A DNA stretch of 64,000 bases from Candidatus Binatia bacterium (GCA_951813575.1 OX638375.1:1625042-1689041), one strand, 5' to 3'. Shown: positions 9,243-17,909, counted from the first letter of the stretch. The notes: generated by a model from the letters alone, not told the origin. A program made the numbers and translations.

Positions 9243-9965
9243 TCAGTCTTCGATCCTCCAGCCTCCAATTAGCCGATCCTGTTGCGTCTTGATCTTCACA
9301 AAATTATCCGGACGACAAACTACACCTACTACCGTCGTCTCCACCAAAATTCCGTCATAAACGCTACGAATGTTACACAACGCTTTCCGATTTAGAGTGA
9401 CAGGCCCACTCTTCACCAGTCCGCCTTCTTCCATCTCCACATAGAAGTCTGCGTTAGAAATGCCCAACACAGTGGCTCGTCTCGGATCGAAACTAAAGTA
9501 GTAATGTCGCTTCTCACCAATGAATGACTCTTCATAGCGATAAAATCCCGTTTGTTTCCCAATTCTTACCGACCTATCTAAAATGTGTTCTGATGCCCCC
9601 ACAATTGTTCGTCGATCGTACAATTTATCATAAAACAACATCAATAGAACCGACACGCCGCCGTCAACCCCGAAATCGGCACCAGGTATCGACAAGAACG
9701 TTGAAGGGGCATCATCGAAACCTTTCAGGTCTTTAAACAAATAATGAAAAATGGAGCGTGTGTTTTTTGTATATTCGTGCGGTATAGAGTACGCATGCCG
9801 GTGTCCTTTGATAGTAAGTGCCGACGCCCGGCTCGGCAACGCGACTACACATAAACACATTATGATCGTGAACAGGAACACGATGATCGTCGATTGCGAT
9901 GAAGTATATTGTGTCATAATGCAACCGTTAGTTGGACACCGGGTCACACTGCGAACAGACCACAA
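9243..9965 (-). CDS. Hypothetical protein encoded on a low-GC island. A hydrophobic N-terminal segment suggests it is exported.
   Basis: It is a 240-codon ORF whose local GC content is clearly below its surroundings. No family was recognised. It abuts the IS copy B end. Confidence 0.5.
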   Translation of the reverse strand: MWSVRSVTRCPTNGCIMTQYTSSQSTIIVFLFTIIMCLCVVALPSRASALTIKGHRHAYSIPHEYTKNTRSIFHYLFKDLKGFDDAPSTFLSIPGADFGVDGGVSVLLMLFYDKLYDRRTIVGASEHILDRSVRIGKQTGFYRYEESFIGEKRHYYFSFDPRRATVLGISNADFYVEMEEGGLVKSGPVTLNRKALCNIRSVYDGILVETTVVGVVCRPDNFVKIKTQQDRLIGGWRIED

Positions 9966-10076
9966 AAGCCGGCAGATACTGACCTAAGTAAGCACTTGTC
10001 GGCAAACTCAGAGTGAGGTGGTCCTGGTTTGTAGGACAGGGAGGCGGCTGAGTTAAGGTGTATTCCAGACGTTCGA

Positions 10077-11003
10077 TCATGCCGCCAAGGTCCCGTTTAT
10101 CACGTCTTCGTGTTCCGATGGAACTGGCAGAGGGGCGGGCGGGGTGTGAGGTCCGGCCTGCCTCTGGAGTCCTCGTTCGTAGGCCTCCTGTGGGGTGGAG
10201 CCGGCGAGGGCGGAATGAGGCCTTTGGGTGTTGTAGAAGGCCACCCACCGGGCGATGACCCGCAGGGCCGCGAAGCCTTCCGAGAGCTCGTGCAGGTAGA
10301 CAGCCTCGTACTTCATCGAGCGCCACAGGCGCTCGATGAAGATGTTGTCCATGCACCGGCCCCTTCCGTCCATGGAGATGGCAATGCCGGCGTCCTTGAG
10401 CACGGAGGTGAACTCCAGGCTGGTGAACTGGCTGCCCTGGTCGGTGTTGAAGATCTCGGGAGGGCCGTAGCGTTCCAGAGCCTCTGAGAGGGCCTCTGTA
10501 CAGAAGCGGGCATCGAGGGTGTTCGACAGCCGCCAGGAGAGCACCCGGCGGGTGGCCCAGTCCATGACCGCCACCAGGTACAGGAAGCCCTTCCGGACCG
10601 GGATGTAGGTTATATCTGCGGTCCACACGTGATTGGGCCGTTCGATGGCGACGCCCTTGAGCATATAGGGGTAAACCCGCTGCTCGGGGTGCGGTCGGGT
10701 GGTCCGCGGCGCCTGGTAGATGGCCTGGAGCCCCATCAGGCGCATCAGACGCCGCACCCGGTGACGACCCACTCGGACTCGCTCCCGCCACAGATGGCGG
10801 ACCATCTGGCGGCTGCCGTAGAAGGGGTACTCCAGGAACAGCTTGTCGATCCGGCGCATCAACGCCAGATTCTCCGCGCTCTCGCCCTTGGGCCGGTGGT
10901 ACACAGAGGATCGACTCACTCGAAGCAGATGGCATTGACGGCTCAAGCTGAGCTTGGGATGGCCGGGCTCGATCATCGCCCGGCGCTTCTCCCGGCTCAC
11001 CAC
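10077..11003 (-). CDS. IS3-family transposase OrfB, copy B
   Basis: It is 308 aa and differs from the copy A OrfB by a few substitutions. Confidence 0.85.
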   Translation of the reverse strand: MVSREKRRAMIEPGHPKLSLSRQCHLLRVSRSSVYHRPKGESAENLALMRRIDKLFLEYPFYGSRQMVRHLWRERVRVGRHRVRRLMRLMGLQAIYQAPRTTRPHPEQRVYPYMLKGVAIERPNHVWTADITYIPVRKGFLYLVAVMDWATRRVLSWRLSNTLDARFCTEALSEALERYGPPEIFNTDQGSQFTSLEFTSVLKDAGIAISMDGRGRCMDNIFIERLWRSMKYEAVYLHELSEGFAALRVIARWVAFYNTQRPHSALAGSTPQEAYERGLQRQAGPHTPPAPLPVPSEHEDVINGTLAA

Positions 11004-11278
11004 TTGAGCCCTTTGGCCAAAAAATCCCGCTCCACCGTCAACTCCCCGATCTTCGCGTGCAGGTCCCGAACCTCCCCCTCGTGGTCCCCACGTGCCCGCT
11101 CCGCACCCTTGGAGAACAACTCCTTCATCCCCTCCACCGCTCGCTGCTTCCAGGTGCTCACCTGGTTCGGATGGACCTTGTGCCGGGCCGCGATCTCCTG
11201 GACCGTCTTGTCCCCACGCAGCGCCTCCAGCGCCACCTTCGCCTTGAAGTCTCCGCTGAACCTTCGTCGTGTGCTCAT
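10997..11278 (-). CDS. IS3-family transposase OrfA, copy B
   Basis: Identical in sequence to the copy A OrfA. Confidence 0.85.
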   Translation of the reverse strand: MSTRRRFSGDFKAKVALEALRGDKTVQEIAARHKVHPNQVSTWKQRAVEGMKELFSKGAERARGDHEGEVRDLHAKIGELTVERDFLAKGLKW

Positions 11279-11313
11279 GCGTATCCCTCCTCCTTCAGTC
11301 GGTGGAATACACC

Positions 11314-12270
11314 TTAGCAACCTGTCCGTTTTTCCGGGACCACCTCAAGGGTCCTGTTTAACACGTCCTGCTGTTCCGGTTGAGCCGGCAGAGAGGCAGG
11401 TGAGCTGCAGCGCTGTGCCGGCCTCTGCGTCAGCATTCCCTTTTCGTAGACCTCGGCCGGGGTGGAGCCCCCCAAGGCGGAGTGGGGGCGCGCCCGGTCA
11501 TAGAAGGCGAACCACCGAGAGATCAGCCGCTGGGCCTGGAAGCCGTCAGAGATCTCGTGCAGGTAGACGGCCTCATACTTGAGGGAGCGCCACAGGCGCT
11601 CGATGAAGATGTTGTCCATGCAGCGGCCCCTGCCGTCCATGGAGATGGCGACGCCGGCGTCGTTGAGCACGGAGGTGAACTCCAGGCTGGTGAACTGGCT
11701 GCCCTGGTCTGAGTTGAAGATGTCGGGAGGGCCGTAGCGTTCCAGAGCCTCGGTGAGGGCCTCGACACAGAAGCGGGCATCGAGGGTGTTCGACAGTCTC
11801 CAGGAGAGCACCCGGCGGGTGGCCCAGTCCATGACCGCCACCAGGTACAGAAAGCCCTTCTGAACGGGGATGTACGTCAGGTCCGCGCACCACACGTGAT
11901 TGGGCCTCTCGATGGCCAATCCCTTGAGCAGACAGGGGTAAACCCGGTGCTGGGGATGCCGTGTGGTGGTCCGCGGCGCCTGGTAGATGGCCTGTAGCCC
12001 CATCAAGCGCATCAGACGCCGCACCCGGTGACGCCCCACAAAGACGCCTTCCCGCCACAGATGGCGGGCCATCTGGCGGCTGCCGTAGAAGGGGTACTCC
12101 AGGAACAGCTTGTCGATCCGGCGCATCAACGCCAGATTCTCCGCGCTCTCGCCCTTGGGCCTGTGGTACACAGAGGATCGGCTCACTCGAAGCAGATGGC
12201 ATTGACGGCTCAAGCTGAGCTTGGGATGGCCGGGCTGGGTCATCGCCCGGCGCTTGTCCCGGCTTACCAC
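11314..12270 (-). CDS. IS3-family transposase OrfB of copy C. Its C-terminus is altered by the junction with copy B.
   Basis: This is the lower part of ORF 11314..12585, which has DDE motifs. The upstream extension of that ORF is -1-frame read-through of OrfA. Confidence 0.7.
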   Translation of the reverse strand: MVSRDKRRAMTQPGHPKLSLSRQCHLLRVSRSSVYHRPKGESAENLALMRRIDKLFLEYPFYGSRQMARHLWREGVFVGRHRVRRLMRLMGLQAIYQAPRTTTRHPQHRVYPCLLKGLAIERPNHVWCADLTYIPVQKGFLYLVAVMDWATRRVLSWRLSNTLDARFCVEALTEALERYGPPDIFNSDQGSQFTSLEFTSVLNDAGVAISMDGRGRCMDNIFIERLWRSLKYEAVYLHEISDGFQAQRLISRWFAFYDRARPHSALGGSTPAEVYEKGMLTQRPAQRCSSPASLPAQPEQQDVLNRTLEVVPEKRTGC

Positions 12271-12612
12271 TTGAGCCCTTTGGCCAAAAAATCCCGCTCC
12301 ACCGTCAGCTCCCCGATCTTCGCGTGCAGGTCCCGAATCTCCCCCTCGTGGTCCCCTCGTGCCCGCTCCACCCCCTTGGAGAACACCTCCTTCATCCCCT
12401 CCACCGCCCGCTGCTTCCACGTGCTCACCTGGTTCGGGTGGATCTTGTGCCGCGTGGCGATCTCCTGGATCGTCTTGTCCCCTCGCAGTGCCTCCAGCGC
12501 CACCTTCGCCTTGAAGTCTCCGCTGAACCGTCGTCGTGTGCTCATTGCGTATCCCTCCTCCAGTCGGTGGAATACACCTTAGCAACCTGTCCGATTTTCC
12601 AGGACCACCTCA
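11348..12612 (-). mobile_element. IS3-family insertion sequence, copy C. It is a diverged relative (~85-90% protein identity). Its 3' terminal ~70 bp and that IR are missing because it abuts copy B directly.
   Basis: OrfA is at 12264..12545. The OrfB reading frame runs through into the copy B terminal IR (ending ...LEVVPEKRTGC). The 5'-end terminal IR is at ~12612. Confidence 0.8.
12264..12545 (-). CDS. IS3-family transposase OrfA of copy C
   Basis: The 93-aa product reads MSTRRRFSGDFKAKVALEALRGDKTIQEIATRHKIHPNQ... Confidence 0.8.
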   Translation of the reverse strand: MSTRRRFSGDFKAKVALEALRGDKTIQEIATRHKIHPNQVSTWKQRAVEGMKEVFSKGVERARGDHEGEIRDLHAKIGELTVERDFLAKGLKW

Positions 12613-12650
12613 GCTGTAGGCACACCACACATCCCATGGACCACAAAAAT

Positions 12651-13061
12651 TCAAAATAGTCTAAAAAGACTAAAACGGATTTCTTGATTCTTTATCTCAG
12701 ACTGATAAAACCATATGTATCCCGCTAATATGTTTAGCAGACAAAAAGTTACGAGTCCTTTGATAGCCTCTCCTCGATAACCTAACTTCCATAAGTAACA
12801 CACATAACCAATTGCATAAGACGTCATAGATATAACACAGATAAAGATAAGGCCAACACAAATATGAGAGACGGCCATAAGAATTGGATAGTCTTGCTCT
12901 GACCAATCTTGCTCTAACCAGTCTTGGTCTAACCAACCTTGTATCATGGAAAAGACGATGGCTAAGAAAAACACGGCATAAAACGCAATCAAAAAAAATG
13001 TCGAGTGATAGCAGACTCTAATCAACCTCTTGAAAACCGGTGGCAAAATATACTTTGTCAT
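12651..13061 (-). CDS. Small low-GC membrane protein immediately downstream of the Rhs toxin domain; putative cognate immunity protein
   Basis: It has four predicted transmembrane helices and an internal DW-rich tandem repeat (GWLDQDWLEQDWSEQDY). GC content is well below the genome's. The position matches Rhs toxin-immunity gene order. Confidence 0.5.
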   Translation of the reverse strand: MTKYILPPVFKRLIRVCYHSTFFLIAFYAVFFLAIVFSMIQGWLDQDWLEQDWSEQDYPILMAVSHICVGLIFICVISMTSYAIGYVCYLWKLGYRGEAIKGLVTFCLLNILAGYIWFYQSEIKNQEIRFSLFRLF

Positions 13062-13157
13062 GTGTCACCTTCACTTCTCCGGTACTATTCTACGCACATA
13101 TGAGATGGTTCTGCTTTCTTGGACACGCGAGCGGCAGACTTCACCTTTCATCGGAAA

Positions 13158-15488
13158 CTACTTGCCAGTAAAGTAGTCCCTAATTGGTTTAAGATCATAC
13201 TCGATTCCAAATGAATAGGGTGCTATAGTCCCGCTAATGCCGATGGACAAGTCCCAACTGGGGGCCTCCCAACCAAAAATGTTCATGTTCTTAACTCCGT
13301 CCCTGTGGTTGAAATCAGCATCCCACCCATAAAGACGGCCACCGAAGTTATAGTAGCTAAACTGGAGATCAGCAGTCGATTTACCCCAAATAGCTGTTCC
13401 TCTGTAATCGCGGTTAAGCCCACCAGAAGCGACTACGAACCCGCCACCAATTTTGAAAGGGCCAAATTTAAGTTCTTTGATGTGATACCCCCAACCAGCG
13501 CCTATTTCGACACTGTGCCCCTTTTTGACAGCATCCCATAAACCCTTAACTTGCTCCCATGCCCCTCCCTCGATACCAAGTATCTCGGCATAATCCTGAA
13601 CCCTCCTCATGTCTCCCGCTAGTAGAAGGTCGTTCATTTCGGCTCTGATAGTCTCCGTGGTGGGGAGCCTATGCTCTTTCTCCCAACTGTCGTAGTCTGG
13701 CACTATGGTCACTCCCCCGCCCGAACCGGAGGCGCTTGATACTTTTTGTCCCGTGCCGGTGTTAGTGATCCTAGTGTCCCCGGGCCGTACCGGCGTGTCG
13801 TCCCACGGATCGTAGCCGTACAGTTCATCCTCATCGTTGCCAGTATAGCCGCAGCCGTCGCAGCCGTAGGACCCCCCGTTCTCCTCGTCGTCGTCGACTT
13901 CGTAGTCTGCGTCCCAATCCGGCTCTGAAAGGAAGTACCCGCTGGGATCGGTAAAGGACAGGGGGTTGTTGGAGGTATAGGTATACCGGTTAAACCCCTG
14001 AGTACTCTCCGGATACTGCACGAATGGATCCGGACTCAGGAACCTCCCCAGCACCGGGTCGTACACCCTCCCGTTCATGTGCACCAGCTCGAAGTCGTCC
14101 AGATGCTCGTGGTCGGTAAACCCTCTGGGGGTGTTCCCCGGGGTGATGGCTATGACCGAGTCGGTCCAGGCATCGGTCCCCGTGGCCGTCCTCCGCTTGC
14201 CGAAGGCATCGTACGACAGCCGCTCCACCACCGCCCCGGTCTCGTCCGTGATCGTGTCCACCGACCCCAGGTGGTCCTGGTGCAGGTACCGCGTCGTCTC
14301 CGCGGGCGCGGCGGCATCGTCGGTGGTGTACACCGCTATTCGCCTCTCCCCCGCAAACACGTAGTGCACGTACTCGGTGGCCACACCCGTCTTCTCCACC
14401 TGCTCGAACGCCAACCCCACGTACTTGATGGTGGTGGTGGCCGCCCCCTGCACCCGGGTCTGCTATATCCGGGCTCTTTCGGGACCGTGGATGAATGCGC
14501 TGGTGGTAGCGGAGTCGCTTATGACCTGGGGCTTGTTGAAACTCGTCCAGGTCATGGTCCGTCCCGCCCCGGAGGTCATGTTCCCGTTGTCGTCGTACTC
14601 GTACGTGTTCCCACCCGCGCTCACCACCGCATGAGGACCTGCATCCCCTGACCCCGCTTCGTTCCCGGTCCCGTACTCGTAGTCGTCATCCCCCACGTCC
14701 GACTTGTTCACGATGTTGCCCACGGCGTCGTAGCTGTAGGTCTTCTCCTCCCGCTCGGTGTCGTCCAGTGCATCGTACACCGCGCCGCCCGTAAGACGGT
14801 TCAAGAGGTCATAGTCAAAACTCTCGTACACCCCCTGGATGGAATCCTCCCGGGTGTTCAGGTTCCCCAGACTGTCGAACACATACCCCAGGTCCTGTAC
14901 CTCGGTGTTGCCGTCCTTGCCTGACTGTATGCTCTCCACCAGTCCGGTCTCCGGGTCGTAGCTCCGGGTGGTGCCCACTCCGTTCCCCAGCATCGCCTGG
15001 GTGATCTGTCCCTCGGCGTTCACCTCCTCCGCCGTCCAGTACACCGTCCCCGGGGACTCCACACTGTAGATATTACTCGAATACCCGCTCGCGGTATACT
15101 CGTAACCCACCCCAAACCCCTTCTTGGGGTAGCTCACCGTGGCCACGCGGCCGGCGCGGTCAAAACTCCGGCTGGTCCGGAAGGTCTCGCCCTTGATGGT
15201 CTCGGTCTCGCTCTTGGGCCTCCCTACGTGGTCGTAGCCATGCATGCGCAGGTACCCGTGGGGTCCCGCCACCCAGTGGAGTTTTCCTATGCCCGTGACC
15301 GCCGTGTCATAGCTCCAGGTGGTGGTCCCTTCCCCCTCGGTCCGGCTTACCATCCGACCCAGCACATCGTACTCCATGGTCGCCGTCTGACCCTTGGCGT
15401 CGGTCTGGGAGGTGATCTCTCCCAGGGAGTTGTACGCGTAGCTCCATTCTCCCATGTCGGGGTCGCTCATCCCTACCTTGCGGCCCAG
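13158..15488 (-). pseudogene. Rhs/YD-repeat protein (copy 2). Its core C-terminal region and a complete C-terminal toxin domain of unrecognised family are present. It is 5'-truncated at ~15488 by an IS fragment and has an in-frame stop at 14463..14465.
   Basis: ORFs 13158..14453 and 14463..15548 are contiguous in one frame (RARI*QTRVQ, where copy 1 has Q). The core ends at PLSFTDPSGY. A ~230-aa Gly/Trp-rich tail follows. Confidence 0.8.
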
Positions 15489-15489
15489 G

Positions 15490-15693
15490 ACGTCCTGGGA
15501 CAACGCCGTCGTGGAGAGCTTCTTTGCTACGCTGAAGACCGAGCTCATCCACCACGCCGACTACCCTAGTCCAGCCGAGGCAAGGGCCGCGATTTTCGAG
15601 TTCATCGAGGTGTTCTACAATCGGCAACGTCGCCACTCGACCCTCTGCTACCAGACACCAGCAGGCTTTGAGCGGATGGCACGGGCAGCTTAA
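15490..15693 (+). pseudogene. Second copy of the IS3-type transposase C-terminal fragment (the same one as 4583..4885), followed by the same IR-like end
   Basis: The fragment reads [24 protein letters not shown]...[45 protein letters not shown] follows the stop. Confidence 0.7.
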
Positions 15694-15742
15694 CCAACCT
15701 GTCCACCAACCCCGGGTAAGGCCAGCCGCAGGAAATCGCAGT

Positions 15743-16542
15743 CTGAGCACACTGCGAAACCACATCGTGCATCTCACCCAGCGGTTTGGGCTCGACCGCG
15801 CCGTGGACATAACACCGGAACGCGTGAGCCAGTATCAGGTGTCCAGACTTGAGGAAGGGGCGGCCCGCGCGACCGTGAACCGCGAAGTCGCAACCCTCAA
15901 CCGCATGATGTCGCTGGCCGTGAACAGGAAGGTGCTTCTCCGTAAGTCGCACTTCGGACTGCTGGATGGGGAGCGGACGCGGGAAGGCTTTCTCTATCCT
16001 GCGGACTTCGCGGCCGTTCTTGGCCATCTGCCCTTGGCTTCAGAGGCCAGTGGAGTTCCTTTACCTGAGCGGGTGGCGTGTCGGCGAGATGCGCTCCCTG
16101 CGTTGGGCCGACGTCAACATGGACGAGCGGGTCGCCGTCCTGAAGATCGAAAACTCGAAGACGAAGCGCTCACGTCCGCTGACCCTCGAGGGTCGCCTCT
16201 GGGACATCGTCCGGGAGGCTCACGGGGCACGAAGACTCGATTGCCCGTTCGTCTTCCATTGGAACGGCCAGCCTATCGGTAACTTCCGCAAAAGGTGGAA
16301 CAGCGCCTGCCGGGCCGCGGGCATTGAGGGGGTGGTCGTTCACGATCTGTGCCGGAGCGCTACCCGTAATCTGCGGGAGGCGGGTGTTCAGGGTCGCGAT
16401 GGACTTCACCGGACATGTCACCAGGGCGATGTTCGACCGGTACAACATCACGGACGCAGAACAGATGAGGCAGGCCCAGATCCAGTTAGACGAGTATCTG
16501 AGGCAACAGATCGGCGAGCGGAAGGTCAGAGCCATCCGGTAG
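15743..16542 (+). pseudogene. Tyrosine recombinase (phage-type integrase). It is broken by two frameshifts (~16030 and ~16390) and is N-terminally truncated.
   Basis: The catalytic-domain motifs are spread over three frames, in ORFs 15668.., 15966.. and 16324..: LSGWRVGEMRSLRWADV, then HDLCRSATRNLREAGV, then RAMFDRYNI. Confidence 0.8.
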
Positions 16543-16622
16543 GCGACGCGGACAAAAGGCGGACAAAATATGGCCATTTCGGAGCAGAGAGAGACCTACG
16601 CGTTCGTAAGTTGTTGAAATTA

Positions 16623-16699
16623 TGGTGGTCGCAGCAGGACTCGAACCTGCGGCCTCTTGCATGTGAGGCAAGCGCTCTAGCCGACTGAGCTATGCGACC
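16623..16699 (-). tRNA. tRNA-Val (anticodon CAC), 77 nt including the encoded CCA
   Basis: It folds as a cloverleaf by hand: a GGUCGCA/UGCGACC acceptor stem, a GCUC/GAGC D stem, a CUUGC/GCAAG anticodon stem with the loop CUCACAU, and a GCAGG/CCUGC T stem with UUCGAGU. The position was anchored through ORF 16526..16750. Confidence 0.85.
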
Positions 16700-16771
16700 A
16701 CGCCAGGATAGACCTTGACGTTTACCACCTGGACGGGCGGGTTTCAACAACGCCGCGGCAAGCGGAACGGG

Positions 16772-17038
16772 TCACTCCCGTTCCTTCTGCCGCTGCTTGA
16801 TGCGCTGGTTGAGGGACTGCAGGATGCCGGCGTCGACGGCGGCGATGACGTCCACCGCGGCATCGAGGTGTTCCTCGGGAATGTCTGCTTTCCTTGCGTC
16901 CGCAAGGCGGCGGTCCACTCAGGGATCGCAGTTCCGGGTCATGGCCACGGCGAGGCCGAGAAAGATCTTCTCCCGTTCGCTGAGGCACTCGACCGCGTGG
17001 GCGTCCCGATAGAACTGACGGAAGTCTGCCTTGTTCAT
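16772..17038 (-). CDS. Carboxymuconolactone decarboxylase / AhpD-like family protein with an in-frame TGA at 16919..16921 in the C-x-x-C position; a candidate selenoprotein
   Basis: The translation is MNKADFRQFYRDAHAVECLSEREKIFLGLAVAMTRNCDP-U-VDRRLADARKADIPEEHLDAAVDVIAAVDAGILQSLNQRIKQRQKERE. Family-like sequence continues on both sides of the TGA. A hairpin (CCUUGC-GGAC-GCAAGG) starts 11 nt after the UGA. Confidence 0.55.
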
Positions 17039-17085
17039 GGACTCTCTCCTGTTGGCGCCCGGCGTTCCAGGCGGCATGCGGCACT

Positions 17086-17493
17086 TCAGCCCTTGGCCAT
17101 CTCCATGATGACGTCGTAGTGGGCGTCGCTCACCGGAACGAAGGAAAGCCGGCCCAGCCGGAACAGGTCGAAGCCTTCCAGCTTTGGGTTGAGCTTCATC
17201 TCGGCCAGCGACACCTCACGCTTCAGCGCCTTGCCGACCTTGATGTCGAACACCAGGAGCCTGGGATCGTCCTTCTCGGGATCGGCATAGGCGCCGGTGG
17301 TGGCGGTGCCGAGGCCGACGCAGATCCGCTCGCCGCCGGTGTGATAGATGATGCACCGGTCGCCCTTCTTCACGGTCTTGAGGTGCTTGAGAGCGAGATT
17401 GTTCTTGATACCGTCCCAGATCGTGCTCTTGTCCCGTTGCAGGTCCGCAAAGGAATAAACGCTGGGTTCGGTCTTGAGCAGCCAGTTCGCCAT
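17086..17493 (-). CDS. EVE (PUA-like) domain protein
   Basis: The N-terminus MANWLLKTEPSVYSFADL and C-terminus GRLSFVPVSDAHYDVI are typical of EVE proteins. Confidence 0.8.
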   Translation of the reverse strand: MANWLLKTEPSVYSFADLQRDKSTIWDGIKNNLALKHLKTVKKGDRCIIYHTGGERICVGLGTATTGAYADPEKDDPRLLVFDIKVGKALKREVSLAEMKLNPKLEGFDLFRLGRLSFVPVSDAHYDVIMEMAKG

Positions 17494-17633
17494 CGTAATC
17501 CTCCTCCTTGTTCGGCGTCGTCTTGGGATACTGCAATCCGGCACATGCGGCAACAGTGGAGAGGAGTCGGACGCCCAGCGAAATCTGTCTGAAACGGTCG
17601 CTCGGATCCCTGTAGCCCCTCCGCGCTGGTTTT

Positions 17634-17909
17634 TCAGCCTGCGACGAGGTTGATCTCCACCTTCATGCCGACAGCGTCCGCATAGCGTTCCAATGTCTTC
17701 AACGATGGTTTGTGGCCGCTTTCCAGGCGGGCGACGGTAGGCTGGCTCGTCCCCATCCGGATAGCAACCTCGCTCTGGCTCATTCCCGCCCTGACGCGTG
17801 CCTCAATGAGCTTCCGTGCCAATTCAAACTCGGGCTTGAGGGCCTCGAACTCCGCCCGGAACTCGGGGTCCTTGTTCCAATCATTCCGCAGATCGTCAAA
17901 TTCAATCAC
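17634..17909 (-). CDS. XRE-family helix-turn-helix transcriptional regulator (HigA-like antidote fold)
   Basis: The HTH reads MSQSEVAIRMGTSQPTVARLESG. No toxin partner was found upstream. Confidence 0.7.
   Translation of the reverse strand: MIEFDDLRNDWNKDPEFRAEFEALKPEFELARKLIEARVRAGMSQSEVAIRMGTSQPTVARLESGHKPSLKTLERYADAVGMKVEINLVAG

Larger units (their letters stand above)
10014..11347 (-). mobile_element. IS3-family insertion sequence, copy B. It is near-identical to copy A and in inverted orientation.
   Basis: OrfB is at 10077..11003 and OrfA at 10997..11278, both on the minus strand, with the same terminal IRs. The element's 3' end, on the low-coordinate side, begins at ~10014. Confidence 0.85.

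Noticed and set aside
12271-12585. N-terminal extension of ORF 11314..12585 through the OrfA region of copy C
   Set aside because: It is the -1-frame read-through of OrfA. It corresponds to the OrfAB fusion frame and is not an independent gene.
16715-17119. ORFs 16715..17119+ and 16722..17084-
   Set aside because: They overlap the better-supported TGA-containing CMD-family frame on the minus strand and have no family features.
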